Shown piece by piece: positions 36,219 to 47,017 of a stretch of DNA of 62,400 nt. The stretch lies in the IMG/VR virus record IMGVR_UViG_3300030202_002372, positions 1 through 62,400 of that record; one strand, given 5' to 3'. This DNA is from a virus (taxonomy: Duplodnaviria > Caudoviricetes). The notes below the pieces were generated by a model that did no database searches, had not been told where the DNA came from, and saw only the letters and a list, made by a program, of their open reading frames with translations. Position numbers and translations under genes: made by a program. Position 1 is the first letter of the stretch, and each line of letters begins with the position of its first letter.

Positions 36219-36429
36219 CTAATTCTATTCCTAGTTTTGCATAATGAATTATTTTGTTATATCTTTGTTTGGCAGTTTCGCCTGGCTTTCTTCTAGTTGC
36301 ATATTTTATTATGTTTGAATCAATTGTGTTAAGTTTATTTTTCATGCAATAAACAACAGGCTGAATCACATGTTGAACGTAATGTTTTCCGCCTTCCTGG
36401 TATTCTAGAGCTTTCTTTTTAGACTCCAC
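36202..36429 (-). CDS. DUF3310/SaV-like small protein
   Basis: QEGGKHY....IQP......NIIKYA.R...K..HYA. Confidence 0.7.
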   Translation of the reverse strand: MESKKKALEYQEGGKHYVQHVIQPVVYCMKNKLNTIDSNIIKYATRRKPGETAKQRYNKIIHYAKLGIELDDESN

Positions 36430-37291
36430 ACATACCTTCGCATTCGTTATTAAATAAATCTAATTGATCTTCAGGTTTCTTTTTCTTTTTAAGTAATGTT
36501 TCAAAATCCACAGATCTTAAAGGAATTCCTTTCCTGTGTAAGTATCTTTCAATATTAGGGTCACGACCTGTGTGTCTAATCATATCGTCTAGTCTGCAAG
36601 CCTCTTCAAATTCTTCAGGCGTTTCAACTTTGATTTCATTCCAAAGAGTATTATCATGATATGGACAACCTATACAAGAACTTTTTGCTGGTCGTTTGTA
36701 ATTTTTACCTTCATACCAATCTAAACAATCTTGCCTGGACATCTTATGATCAATCAATGGCCATACGTTTTGTATCCATTTTTCTCGAGATGGCTTCATA
36801 CGCATTGCTTCATCGGTTGATATACCTACCATGACTTCAATCCATAATGATCTTGGAAATCTTTGCCTGTCCTTTAATCCTATAAGCTTTCTTATCTGTC
36901 TATTAATAGGAGTTATTTTGTAATTTCTGGTGCATTGACGTGGGCCAATACCAATCTTACCGGTTTCAGTATTTTTAGCAAAGAAAGGAAGCATAATATA
37001 TCCATTACCTTTTGCAGCATCTTCTAGATCTTGTTTAATACTACCTGATTTTAAATGATTTTTTGTAATTATTACTGGATAACTTAATTGGCTTTCCAAC
37101 CATTTTAAATGATCATAAACTTTTTTTGGCTCCCAACCAGTATCAGCAAAAATAGCATAATCTGGTTTGCGGCCAAAAGCCCCCTCATTAGCCATAAGTG
37201 CCATCGTAGATGATTGCACACCAGCTCCCAATGATAAGATCCTAAGTTTAGGTTCTTTTGAATAATCCCAATTGCCTTTAGCCACTACCAT
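36419..37291 (-). CDS. PP-loop adenine nucleotide alpha-hydrolase (PAPS reductase-like)
   Basis: LSLGAGVQSS, IFADTGWE, RQCT..YKI.P, GIS.DE..R, KSSCIGCPYH, ECEGMCGV. Confidence 0.75.
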   Translation of the reverse strand: MVVAKGNWDYSKEPKLRILSLGAGVQSSTMALMANEGAFGRKPDYAIFADTGWEPKKVYDHLKWLESQLSYPVIITKNHLKSGSIKQDLEDAAKGNGYIMLPFFAKNTETGKIGIGPRQCTRNYKITPINRQIRKLIGLKDRQRFPRSLWIEVMVGISTDEAMRMKPSREKWIQNVWPLIDHKMSRQDCLDWYEGKNYKRPAKSSCIGCPYHDNTLWNEIKVETPEEFEEACRLDDMIRHTGRDPNIERYLHRKGIPLRSVDFETLLKKKKKPEDQLDLFNNECEGMCGV

Positions 37292-38849
37292 AATTATCCT
37301 TTATAAACTGATTATACAATCTTGCCAATGGAAAGAAATACTCATGATATGTCCTAAGTATATGTAAAGTTTCTCTTGCCCTTGTAATTCCAACATACCA
37401 TACCCTAGCTTCTGAACTTCTTGCAACCCCTATCTTGTGTCCAAAGTGTGCGGGCCAGTTAGCTTTTTCATAAACACAAACATGATCTGCCTCTCCTCCT
37501 TTTACAGAGTGTATTGTATCAATCGTAACTCTAGATACTAAATCTAAATTTATTTTATTTTCTAAAATCTTTTCAAAATAAAATTTATCTTTTTCTGGGA
37601 AATTTCTATTAAATACTTGCTGCCAAGGTCCTGGATCAGCTACTAAACCTGCAAAGGTTCTAAGAAAATCTATATTCATTTGGTTACTACTATGAATATT
37701 CATCCATCTTTTGCTTTCAATGGATCTCCAACCGAATGCGATCTCATTAACATAAGTGTACAGTATACCAGCTTCATCTTTAGATACAACACCTTTATTC
37801 ATCAACTTATTCCAACTTTTTATAGCGTTCCATTTATTGATATCAAAAGAAGTTTTACCTTTTGTGTTTTGAAAAAACACTCCCGCATTACGTGCAAGGT
37901 CTTCTAGCTCTCTAACTATTTCCTGTGTTCTTCCAAGTATAAGCCATTCCCCATCAGATTGAGCCATCATATCTACAATATCTAAAAACGACGAATGTGT
38001 TCTTATATGTCCTTCTTTACTTGAGGGTAAAAATTCTTTTACAACCCTAGGTTTGATCATGTCAGAAATATAACCACTAAAATTATGAACAACTTTTGGT
38101 ATTCTGTGTGATTGTTTTAAAATATAATTTCTACCTGGAAACTCAATATAATCTTTTACGTTTGCTCCGTTCCATTCAAATATTGCCTGGTCATCATCTC
38201 CTGCAATATAAATTCTTTCAGCTCTTGCAGCTAACTTATGCACCATCTTCCATTGTAGCGGTGTTAGATCCTGCGCTTCATCTATAATTAAAACTTTAAG
38301 ATAGGGAGCTTCTTCGTTATCAATAAAATGTGTAATCATATCCGTAAAATCAACTCTATGATCTTGTTTAAATAACTCATACTGTTGATAAATTAATTGA
38401 AATTTAGGGAGGGTTGCTCTCTTAAATTGTTCGTCAACAAATTGTTCTTCAGGTTTGATTAATTTGTTTCTTGATTTATCATACACACGAAGAGACCAAT
38501 CATTAAATACTTTGACACCATTGTAACTTTCATATGCAGGTCTGGCCATTCCTAAATTTTGTGCAAATTCAACCATGTCTATTTCAGGATCTAATACAGG
38601 AACTTGTTTTCTAAACTTACGACAGAAGCTATGTATAGTTCTAAAGTTTGATAGATCTTCATCATCACAACCAGGAAACTTTTTGTTAGCTCTAAATCTA
38701 GCCTCGTTAACAGCTTTGTTTGTAAAAGAAAGATAAGCTATTTCTCTTGGTTGAATGCCTTTGTTAAACCACTTATCTAATCTGTTTAATAAAGTATAGG
38801 TTTTACCTGTCCCTGGAGGACCAAATATTTTAATTGTTCTCTTTTTCAA
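37278..38849 (-). CDS. UvrD/Rep-family (SF1) DNA helicase
   Basis: GPPGTGKT, SFTNKA, TIHS, IIDEAQD, GDDDQAI, QSHR, TIHSVKGGE, YVGITRA. Confidence 0.92.
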   Translation of the reverse strand: MKKRTIKIFGPPGTGKTYTLLNRLDKWFNKGIQPREIAYLSFTNKAVNEARFRANKKFPGCDDEDLSNFRTIHSFCRKFRKQVPVLDPEIDMVEFAQNLGMARPAYESYNGVKVFNDWSLRVYDKSRNKLIKPEEQFVDEQFKRATLPKFQLIYQQYELFKQDHRVDFTDMITHFIDNEEAPYLKVLIIDEAQDLTPLQWKMVHKLAARAERIYIAGDDDQAIFEWNGANVKDYIEFPGRNYILKQSHRIPKVVHNFSGYISDMIKPRVVKEFLPSSKEGHIRTHSSFLDIVDMMAQSDGEWLILGRTQEIVRELEDLARNAGVFFQNTKGKTSFDINKWNAIKSWNKLMNKGVVSKDEAGILYTYVNEIAFGWRSIESKRWMNIHSSNQMNIDFLRTFAGLVADPGPWQQVFNRNFPEKDKFYFEKILENKINLDLVSRVTIDTIHSVKGGEADHVCVYEKANWPAHFGHKIGVARSSEARVWYVGITRARETLHILRTYHEYFFPLARLYNQFIKDNYGSG

Positions 38850-40362
38850 AAGGTGCTTTCTTTCTTTGGAATACTAAATTAGATCTTTCTATGACTGGCT
38901 CGTCCATTTTTTTACACAACCAAACATATTTTAATTTAAGTTTATCGTAATAATCATGTTTAGTGCACCCATTTTTTTTGAGCATGCTTATGATTTCAAA
39001 TTTTTTAGCTGCTTTATCTGATTTCTTAATAAATCTTTCAAATGTTCTATATTTAAATACAATTACATTCTGATGTAGATACCACATTTCTGCCTCAACT
39101 TGTGATGCATTATCTGCTTGTTGAGTTTCTTGTGTAAACTGTATCATAGTGTCTTTAAATTCTTCTTCTGCTTCATTACTTTCATCATATCCTTCAATAG
39201 GTTGTTGCATGGACTTGAGTTTATTTAAAAAAACTCTATAATCTTTGTCTTTAACTTTTTGCCAAACTATATCTGCTTGATCAAATAACTGTTCTGATAA
39301 GAGCTGTTGCTGATTAAGTTGTTTTCCTGTAAGCTCTACTGTCTTTTTATCTATGGTCAAAAAATAAATAGGTGGTTTTGTTTTTAATACTTGAAAAGAA
39401 TCTATTGTTGGTAAGTAATCAACACTATCAATTCCATATTTTAATTCTTTACACACAGCAGAGTTGCAATGATTTTTGAGTGGTGCATCGGTACACTTGT
39501 ACTGATATTCTTTTTTTTCATATTGAGTAATTAATGCTTGAACTTCTCTCGCAGGTAATGGTTGATTAAAACCTTCGTTCCTTTCCCATACCTCTTTTTG
39601 CCAGCCTTCTGGATTTCTCTTTTTAGCTAATGTTGCAAAACCTGTAAGTGCATTGTTTCTAAAACCGTCTGAACAACCGTTTCTAATTAAAGCTTGTAGA
39701 CACGGAGGAAATTGATCAAATCCTTCCTCTAATGGAAAGCCATCAGAAGCAATTGTTATATCTTGAAAAGTTTTTTTATTTATTCTAAATTTTTGTACCC
39801 AATCATAAAACTCATGTATTGGTATACCCATACCATTATCGTAAATAGCATGACGTGTAGTTCTTGCTGCTTGTTGATAGGGGATATTAAGCCAGTTACC
39901 AAGGTCGTTTTTATGCACCATTATTTTTCTTTGTTTAGGAAAAATTTCACAACCGGATAATCCAAGATCAGCTGCTATCTCATGTAACTTATCAATCATA
40001 TCTGATGCTGATACAGATTCAATTGTGTGTATAAATAAATGCATTCCTCCAGACTTAGATCTGTAAGGTACTAAAGGATATCCCTTTGTTCTAAATTGTT
40101 TAATAAGTGTTTTGTAATCAAGATCATATTTATCGACATCAATACAACCCCATGTACACGAGTTGTCTGATCTTATAGGAATGATGCCTAAATTAATTTC
40201 ACCATTTAAATGTCTTTGAAATAATTCATCAGTGACAGGGCCACGTTTAGTTGTGGCCCTACCTTTTTCCTTACCGGTCTTGTTGTCTCGCTCACCATTG
40301 AGATAATACTCACCGTAAGCAACATCAAGTCCGCTGAACAGCTCCTTGAATCTGTCTAACAT
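38830..40362 (-). CDS. Archaeo-eukaryotic primase (prim-pol) with PriCT-like C-terminal region
   Basis: WGCIDVD, RSKSGGMH, EIFPKQ, GNWLNIPY, PPCL, G.RNNAL. Confidence 0.85.
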   Translation of the reverse strand: MLDRFKELFSGLDVAYGEYYLNGERDNKTGKEKGRATTKRGPVTDELFQRHLNGEINLGIIPIRSDNSCTWGCIDVDKYDLDYKTLIKQFRTKGYPLVPYRSKSGGMHLFIHTIESVSASDMIDKLHEIAADLGLSGCEIFPKQRKIMVHKNDLGNWLNIPYQQAARTTRHAIYDNGMGIPIHEFYDWVQKFRINKKTFQDITIASDGFPLEEGFDQFPPCLQALIRNGCSDGFRNNALTGFATLAKKRNPEGWQKEVWERNEGFNQPLPAREVQALITQYEKKEYQYKCTDAPLKNHCNSAVCKELKYGIDSVDYLPTIDSFQVLKTKPPIYFLTIDKKTVELTGKQLNQQQLLSEQLFDQADIVWQKVKDKDYRVFLNKLKSMQQPIEGYDESNEAEEEFKDTMIQFTQETQQADNASQVEAEMWYLHQNVIVFKYRTFERFIKKSDKAAKKFEIISMLKKNGCTKHDYYDKLKLKYVWLCKKMDEPVIERSNLVFQRKKAPFEKENN

Positions 40363-41186
40363 TAGAATGGTCGACCAGCTGGTTTACCTTCTTGTTGTAC
40401 AGGATTCGCTCCTGGGTTCGTGTTTGCGGATTCTTGCTCATACTTCACATTAACATTGCCTTTTAAACAACTGTCATAGAATCCCATTGCAGCATCAAGT
40501 GTCATTTGATTCTGAACAGCTCCAATGTGAGATATCTTCCAACCATACCATGTGCCTTTTGCATTTTTTTCAAGCACAGTAGTTAGTAAATATCTTTGAG
40601 TAAACATAGCAGGGGTGTAAAAACCCTTACCATCCGATCGTTTTTCCTTTACACTTCTCATCATTGAATTCCACATCTTAGATTTTTTTCTTTGAGTGGC
40701 TTTCATACTCATGAGTGCAGACTCCTGAGGGATACCCTCTGATACCCTTATCACAAAATGTGATGCAGTTTCCTGAACATAGTTACCGTTTGGTAATCTA
40801 TCCAAGTTCTGATCATCTCTTGTTGTCTGCCCAAGAATATTAGAATCAGCTGAGTGAGTAGCAGCTGGTGCATTTGCACCCTCCTGCCTATCAGGCCATT
40901 CTAAATACTCAAGCTTGTAATAACAAGGAACAACCTCAATACCTTTTTGACCATCAAACAGATCTTGTGTGACACTGTTAAAGATCATCCCTGGTCTAGC
41001 TTCTTGTATAAAAGCTGGATCGCCTTGTGTTACTTGCGGAGACAATTGACCTAGCACCTTAAGAAAAGGTAGCGCTAAATCTTTTGCACCCATTTGCTCA
41101 AACCCCTTGTCTGCTAGATCTTCTCCAACAGACGCAATAGAAAAGTTTGGCTTTACTTCTACGTTTCCGTTTTTCGTTTTCGTCAT
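40362..41186 (-). CDS. Putative single-stranded DNA-binding protein
   Basis: DLALPFLKVLGQLSPQ, G.WYGW; C-terminal PF; position next to primase. Confidence 0.6.
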   Translation of the reverse strand: MTKTKNGNVEVKPNFSIASVGEDLADKGFEQMGAKDLALPFLKVLGQLSPQVTQGDPAFIQEARPGMIFNSVTQDLFDGQKGIEVVPCYYKLEYLEWPDRQEGANAPAATHSADSNILGQTTRDDQNLDRLPNGNYVQETASHFVIRVSEGIPQESALMSMKATQRKKSKMWNSMMRSVKEKRSDGKGFYTPAMFTQRYLLTTVLEKNAKGTWYGWKISHIGAVQNQMTLDAAMGFYDSCLKGNVNVKYEQESANTNPGANPVQQEGKPAGRPF

Positions 41187-41752
41187 TATATTTTCTCTTT
41201 TGTTTTTATTTTCGTTCTATTAGCTACATAGATGCTAAACAAATCGGCAGGTAATGTTACACCTTTTTCCGTTTGTTCCCTTACGAACTGCTTAAGTTGC
41301 ATGGCGTTCACTTCTTGTTTTTGAACGGGTCTATAGTTTGCCTTAGTCAAAAGCTCCAGAACGTGTTGAGCCTTTGAATCGTCACCAGCGGTAAACGACA
41401 CTCCAACATTATTACGAATCAAGTCTGCATGATTATTATCACGCAACCATTTGAAAGCCTCTTCTTGACGATCTTTTGATATTCTTGCTCCGTAAAAAGG
41501 AGTAATCTTTACTGATGTTCCGTCAGCCAAATCAAGTGATGACACACCTGCTTCTGTCATGAGATTAGGAATAGTCTCTTCAGATAAAAACAGAGAATCT
41601 TTTTTCTTTTTCTTAAGTTGTTCTTCTAGATCCGCTATCTCTTTTTCTGCTTCCTGAAGCTCAGTACACTTTACAGATATTGTATTGATTTGTTCGTCCG
41701 ATGCTTTCATAAAAGCACCCGACACTTTTTGTATGTCTATTTGTTTTACCAT
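41186..41752 (-). CDS. Replication-module protein
   Basis: IPNLM.E.G...L.L.DG..V...AF.WLR.N...DLI pattern. Confidence 0.65.
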   Translation of the reverse strand: MVKQIDIQKVSGAFMKASDEQINTISVKCTELQEAEKEIADLEEQLKKKKKDSLFLSEETIPNLMTEAGVSSLDLADGTSVKITPFYGARISKDRQEEAFKWLRDNNHADLIRNNVGVSFTAGDDSKAQHVLELLTKANYRPVQKQEVNAMQLKQFVREQTEKGVTLPADLFSIYVANRTKIKTKEKI

Positions 41753-41769
41753 AACGTCCTCCGCTGATC

Positions 41770-41797
41770 AAAATAAACTATTGATTTTTATTGTCAA
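41770..41797 (-). promoter_or_regulatory. Sigma70-like promoter for the replication operon (divergent intergenic region)
   Basis: TTGACA-N16-TATTTT. Confidence 0.55.
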
Positions 41798-43242
41798 GTA
41801 TTTTATTAACATGGGAGATGGTAACTAAATATAATTTTAAGACTAAGCCTTTTGATCACCAATTAGAAGCGTTAGAAAAATGTTGGGATCAAAAAACATA
41901 TGCCTTATTTATGGAAATGGGTACTGGCAAAACTAAAGTTTTACTAGATAATATTGGTGTTTTAAGATCACAAAACCTTATAAATGGTGCCTTAATTATT
42001 GCTCCTAAATCAGTATATACAGTTTGGCATAACACAGAAATACCTAAACATTTAAATGTTGAATACGATGTTTTACTTTGGAAAAGTACAATGGTTAAAC
42101 AAAAATTAGTCAATTTTATGCACAAACCATCAGTAAAACTTAAGATTTTTGTAATGAATATTGAAGCTTTGTCAGGAGATAAAGGCTCATTTTGGGCAGA
42201 AACGTTTTGCAACCTGCACGATGCTATGGTTGTAGTTGACGAATCAACGTGTGTAAAAAATTATCAAGCAAGAAGAACTAAAAATATTATTAAATTAAGA
42301 AAAAAATCAAAGTACAGAAGAATACTTTCTGGATTTCCAACTCCTAAAAATCCTTTAGATTTATACACACAATGTAATTTTTTAGATCCTGCACATCTTG
42401 GGTTTAATTCAATTGTCGCTTTTAGAAATAGATATTGTTATTTTGAAACTTTATTTTTAGGAGGCAGACAGATTAATGTTCCTGTAGGTTTTACAAACTT
42501 AGCAGAAATAGAAGCTAAACTTAAAAACTTTGCCTACAGAAAAACTAAAAAAGAATGTTTAGACTTACCTGAAAAAATTTATACAAAAAGAATTATTCAA
42601 TTAACTGATGAACAACAAAAATTATATGATGATATAAGACTACAAGCCAGGGCCCATCTTCAAGATCAAGAACTAACTGTTACAAATGTTGTTACAGAAA
42701 TTTTAAGACTACATCAAATAACTTGTGGTTATTTTAAATCACAAGAAGGTGAAGTCTTAAGCGTAAAAAATAAAAGATTAGATGCTTTAGTAGATATTTG
42801 TGAAGACACTGATCAAAAAATAATTATTTGGGCAACTTATGTTTACAACATAGAACAAATAAACAAAGAGTTAATTAAAAAATTTGGAGCTGAATCAGTT
42901 GTAACTTTTTATGGTGCTACATCATCTGAATCAAGAACTGAGGCAATAGAAAGATTTCAAAATGATCCTAAGTGTAGATTTTTTATTGGTAATCCTGCTA
43001 CTGGAGGTATGGGTATAACTTTGACAAAAGCTGGAGTAGTTGTTTATTACTCAAATAGCTATAATGCAGAGCATCGGGTACAGTCTGAAGATAGAGCGCA
43101 TCGAATTGGTCAAGACCAGAAGGTAACTTACATTGATTTTGTCGCTGAAAAAACAGTTGATGAAAAAATATTAAAGGCTCTAGACTCAAAATTTAGGCTT
43201 TCTGCAAAGACCCTTGGAGAGGTTGTGCGTGATTGGTTTTAA
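41791..43242 (+). CDS. SNF2-family (SF2) helicase/ATPase (probable start ATG 41818)
   Basis: EMGTGKT, VVDES, LSGFP, LRLHQIT, GMGITLT, QSEDRAHRIGQ. Confidence 0.92.
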   Translation: MSSILLTWEMVTKYNFKTKPFDHQLEALEKCWDQKTYALFMEMGTGKTKVLLDNIGVLRSQNLINGALIIAPKSVYTVWHNTEIPKHLNVEYDVLLWKSTMVKQKLVNFMHKPSVKLKIFVMNIEALSGDKGSFWAETFCNLHDAMVVVDESTCVKNYQARRTKNIIKLRKKSKYRRILSGFPTPKNPLDLYTQCNFLDPAHLGFNSIVAFRNRYCYFETLFLGGRQINVPVGFTNLAEIEAKLKNFAYRKTKKECLDLPEKIYTKRIIQLTDEQQKLYDDIRLQARAHLQDQELTVTNVVTEILRLHQITCGYFKSQEGEVLSVKNKRLDALVDICEDTDQKIIIWATYVYNIEQINKELIKKFGAESVVTFYGATSSESRTEAIERFQNDPKCRFFIGNPATGGMGITLTKAGVVVYYSNSYNAEHRVQSEDRAHRIGQDQKVTYIDFVAEKTVDEKILKALDSKFRLSAKTLGEVVRDWF

Positions 43243-43930
43243 ATTGTTCAACTCTTTTCCACCACTTATCTTTGTACTCATCTAGTTTACTTCCAGATAA
43301 ATCAAATTCTTGAAACACAAGGCCAGTTGAAGCCATTAGTATTGTGCCTCCTTCGATTTTACCATATTGTTTTTCATGTGCACAAATATATGCAGTAAGT
43401 TGTAAATAATAATCTTCAACCCATTCTTCTCGTTTAGGTTTATTTGTTTGTTTAAAATCAATTATTGTAGGTTTTTTTCTATATACCCCAACACAGTCCA
43501 TGGTACCTGCATATTCATTCGGATATGCTATATTTTGTTCAATACCCCATATTTCATCTAAATATATAAAACCTTTAGATATGATCAAATTAGCCATTTT
43601 ATGAGCTATAGGAGCATCGTGGGCAGGCGTATCGAAGTTATCGGTATGCACGTACCTTTCAAGCATTTCATGCATAATCGAGCCTCTTTCAGCTGCTTCT
43701 TTCATTATTCTTTGAGCTTCAGCTTCGCCAACTCTTTCTCTCCATGCTTTTATTCCGTCAGAATCTACTTTTGTTTTAGATAAAATTGTGGTCACTGAGG
43801 GTAATTTATCTTTACCATCTAGATAAACTCTTCGTCCCCGGTCCGTTGTCCGAGTGTACTGTTTGTAGTTGTATTTGTTTGTGACCTTCACTAACGAAGG
43901 ATTATCATAATGAGGTGTTAAGTAAAGCAA
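43193..43930 (-). CDS. PD-(D/E)XK exonuclease (lambda-exo/Cas4-like fold)
   Basis: LPSVTTILS, RGS.MH, YAGTMD, IIDFKQ, Y.LQL.AY; start uncertain. Confidence 0.85.
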   Translation of the reverse strand: MLYLTPHYDNPSLVKVTNKYNYKQYTRTTDRGRRVYLDGKDKLPSVTTILSKTKVDSDGIKAWRERVGEAEAQRIMKEAAERGSIMHEMLERYVHTDNFDTPAHDAPIAHKMANLIISKGFIYLDEIWGIEQNIAYPNEYAGTMDCVGVYRKKPTIIDFKQTNKPKREEWVEDYYLQLTAYICAHEKQYGKIEGGTILMASTGLVFQEFDLSGSKLDEYKDKWWKRVEQFKTNHAQPLQGSLQKA

Positions 43931-44108
43931 AAACTAAAGTGCAAAGACCTATTATTACGCCACCAGCTATACCTATCAGTATTCTTTCTATTCTAGTAAC
44001 CTGAGATTGTAAGTCTGATATTTTATCATGTGTTTGTTTTTGCATGATTCGACATAATTTTTCATGACTATCTATTCTGTTATGTGCTAATTCTGCTGTT
44101 TTAGCCAT
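43905..44108 (-). CDS. Small coiled-coil + C-terminal TM protein (XhlA-like)
   Basis: RIDSHEKLC...RIERILIG + TM. Confidence 0.55.
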   Translation of the reverse strand: MAKTAELAHNRIDSHEKLCRIMQKQTHDKISDLQSQVTRIERILIGIAGGVIIGLCTLVFALLNTSL

Positions 44109-47017
44109 TATCCTTGCCCCTTTCTACTTGCAATAGTATTCCCTAAAGGATCAAATGGAAATAAAGATGCATAATCTACTGGTTGTACGCCAGGTCCAGG
44201 AATTCTAAGTCCTTGTTGTCTTGGAAGAGTTGTAGGTTTTATCTCTTGATTAGTAGGCATTGTGTTTACCGCTCTTGCCATCATTGCTTCTTCTTCCATG
44301 TTAGCTGGTAGACCGCCTATTTGTTGAGTCAGATATTCTATATCAGGTAACGTATCAATTGCCTTAATTCCTTCTTCTTCATTTAAACCAAGATACATGT
44401 TGTCTTCATCTTTTTTGTTCATGTTTAAACTTGAAAGAGGTTCTACAGGTGATTTTGTTTGATCTAAAATTTTAAATATCTCTTGCATTGATGCATCACT
44501 CTCATCAAATTTGTAATCTTCTGGTACATAATCATTTAATGCTTCGTTAGCAATTTTTGCTAAATGAAATCTTGATAAAGTAGATAGCCCACCGAACTTA
44601 CCTGGTTGTTCTAAAAAGTTTTTAAAAGCAGAATTAATTACATTCATAGCATTTGGATTAGATAAAATTCCATTTGCTTTGTTACCTAAAAATAGAGTTA
44701 CTGCCATTGGAAAAAATCCCATGCCGTATGCACCAGCACCTACTGCAATGTTTGGACCTGATAAAACTAATCTTCTAGCTAAGAAAGTTGATGCTTCAGG
44801 CACTACATAAGATTTCACTGCATCCATATAACTTAATAAATCATCATAGTTTTTTAAAAGTTGATTTGCTTTTTCTTGTCCAAAAATAATTCTCATTTGT
44901 GTAGCTGATGCTTCGTTAGGTAATACTAATTTTCTAAAAATATCTGCATCAAAGTAAACATTACCACCACCTAAATTCTTAGCAGGTAATCCATTTGGCA
45001 TTAATAAATCATCAACAGTTTTATAGGGTTGTCCTAGCATTGCTTTTTGTTGTTCTTTTAATAAATAGCTTTCGATCCAATCACCCATTGCATTTTTTTC
45101 AATTGGTCTAAATGACATTTGATATGCATTACCTACGTGTGCGCCCCATAGTTTTCTTAAACTTTCATTTCCTTCTTTAGAACCCTTTTTAACTAAATTA
45201 GTTCTAAAAGCAGTATTACCTGATGCGTCTACAAATGGAGTTACTTTATGAACATCTGAATCAAGAAGTTTTTGTAAATCTGTTATGGCCTCAAAACTCA
45301 TTCCATTTTTAGTTTGAAAAATATTTCTACTTATAGTTTTTAACATTTCATCTTTGTAAGTATTTCCTGCTTTGTTAAAATCTATCATTTGTTTATAACT
45401 TAATGCGTTTTGATCAAAAGCAGCTAACTTTCTTGCAGTCAAAGATTCAAAAGTTTTAATGTTATTTGCATAATATTCAAATGCGTGTTCTATATTTTCT
45501 TTAAGTTCTAATTTTTTAGCTTGTGTTAATCCAGTTTCACCAACAGTTGTTTTTACTTCTGACTGTACTAAATTACCACCAGCCTCAATCATATCTTTTG
45601 TAGCTACATTTTCTCTTAATGTAATTTGACGACCAGGAGATAAATCCATTTTAGCAAAATCTTCTTCTAAAGCTTTTTGTAACTGCGTATAAATCATCTG
45701 ACTTGGTTCATTTTTAGATAGTTGAGCTGTAGATTTGTTTAACATTGTTCTTAAAAAAGAATATTCTGAAATTGAAATAGGTCTTCCTTTTCCAGCCAGT
45801 TCTTGATATGCTGCAATAAATTGACCAAAAGGTGTTGTTAAATCTTGTTCTTGTAAAAATGCTTTTAATTCTGGTGGTGCAGTTGTATCTCTTTGTAATG
45901 CTTTAAAATATGCATTAACACTATTTAAATCTATTACTCTTGGGTCACCAAACGCTCTAGATTGATTTAAAAATCTATTAAAGTTAATACTATTTATATT
46001 CATAAATTTTTCATATGTCTTTAAAACTTGATTAGCAGCTCTTTCTGATGATTGTGCTGCAATCGCTAAATGCATTCCAGGTTGTAATTCAAATATTTTT
46101 GAAGACACATCATTAAATTGTTTAATAGCTCCTAGTTGAGCTTGAGCTGCCGGTCTTCCTATGTATGGTAATTGACCAAAAATTCTGTTTACACCTTTTA
46201 AAATTTTACCACCCATAGTGTTTGGATCTGCTGCCATAATGTAAGTAAGTTTTAAATTATTTTTTTTAGCAATTTCTGCCATTGCTCTTGCATAAGGAGT
46301 TTCTAGACCAAACATTTTTCTTAAACCATACATAGCACCACCAGTTAAAGGACCCAATAACTCCGCACCAGCGTTAAATGTTAAACCTACTCTAAAGTCA
46401 TCTAAAGTTCTAAGTAAAGGATTTTTTTCCATCATATCTTTGTAAGTAACATCACCAACTTTTTTCTTAAGATCTAATTGATCTCTAGCTATTTCATCAG
46501 CTAAATCATATGCAACACCTCCTGCTGAATATCCTAATGCTCCAGATAAAGCTGCTCTCATAGCGCCCTGAGCTGCAACACTTCCTCCCATACCCATGGC
46601 GGTAGCACCTACTTGTTTTATCCCAGTGACTGTTTTATTTAACAATGGATTTTTAAATGTAGATTTAATTTTATTTAAAGCTGCTATAGATTTTTTTGGA
46701 TTTAAAATAGCAGCTCCTAATCTTTTTCTATCTAAAAATAAAGATGCAGTAAGGAAACCAATGTCAGTGTACATTTGTACTTTATCTCTGTTGACTTTAT
46801 CAGATGTCATTTCAGAGATAGGATCTGCTATTATGCTTTTTTCTTTAGCAACAACTTTTGCAGCTTCGTTCTGTTTATTTTCCATAACGCCTAAAGGCGG
46901 CACATCAATCACACCTTTTTTTTGTAAAGTTTCAATAAATACTTTTTGCTGCGGATTTAAATTACGAAGATCTATTCTGTTAGATTGAAGTAATGATTCT
47001 AGTTCTTTAATATCCAT
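44108..47017 (-). CDS. Large internal virion/DNA ejection protein
   Basis: 969 aa, Gly/Ala-rich hydrophobic segments, C-terminal YASLFPFD; last gene of the ejection cluster. Confidence 0.6.
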   Translation of the reverse strand: MDIKELESLLQSNRIDLRNLNPQQKVFIETLQKKGVIDVPPLGVMENKQNEAAKVVAKEKSIIADPISEMTSDKVNRDKVQMYTDIGFLTASLFLDRKRLGAAILNPKKSIAALNKIKSTFKNPLLNKTVTGIKQVGATAMGMGGSVAAQGAMRAALSGALGYSAGGVAYDLADEIARDQLDLKKKVGDVTYKDMMEKNPLLRTLDDFRVGLTFNAGAELLGPLTGGAMYGLRKMFGLETPYARAMAEIAKKNNLKLTYIMAADPNTMGGKILKGVNRIFGQLPYIGRPAAQAQLGAIKQFNDVSSKIFELQPGMHLAIAAQSSERAANQVLKTYEKFMNINSINFNRFLNQSRAFGDPRVIDLNSVNAYFKALQRDTTAPPELKAFLQEQDLTTPFGQFIAAYQELAGKGRPISISEYSFLRTMLNKSTAQLSKNEPSQMIYTQLQKALEEDFAKMDLSPGRQITLRENVATKDMIEAGGNLVQSEVKTTVGETGLTQAKKLELKENIEHAFEYYANNIKTFESLTARKLAAFDQNALSYKQMIDFNKAGNTYKDEMLKTISRNIFQTKNGMSFEAITDLQKLLDSDVHKVTPFVDASGNTAFRTNLVKKGSKEGNESLRKLWGAHVGNAYQMSFRPIEKNAMGDWIESYLLKEQQKAMLGQPYKTVDDLLMPNGLPAKNLGGGNVYFDADIFRKLVLPNEASATQMRIIFGQEKANQLLKNYDDLLSYMDAVKSYVVPEASTFLARRLVLSGPNIAVGAGAYGMGFFPMAVTLFLGNKANGILSNPNAMNVINSAFKNFLEQPGKFGGLSTLSRFHLAKIANEALNDYVPEDYKFDESDASMQEIFKILDQTKSPVEPLSSLNMNKKDEDNMYLGLNEEEGIKAIDTLPDIEYLTQQIGGLPANMEEEAMMARAVNTMPTNQEIKPTTLPRQQGLRIPGPGVQPVDYASLFPFDPLGNTIASRKGQG

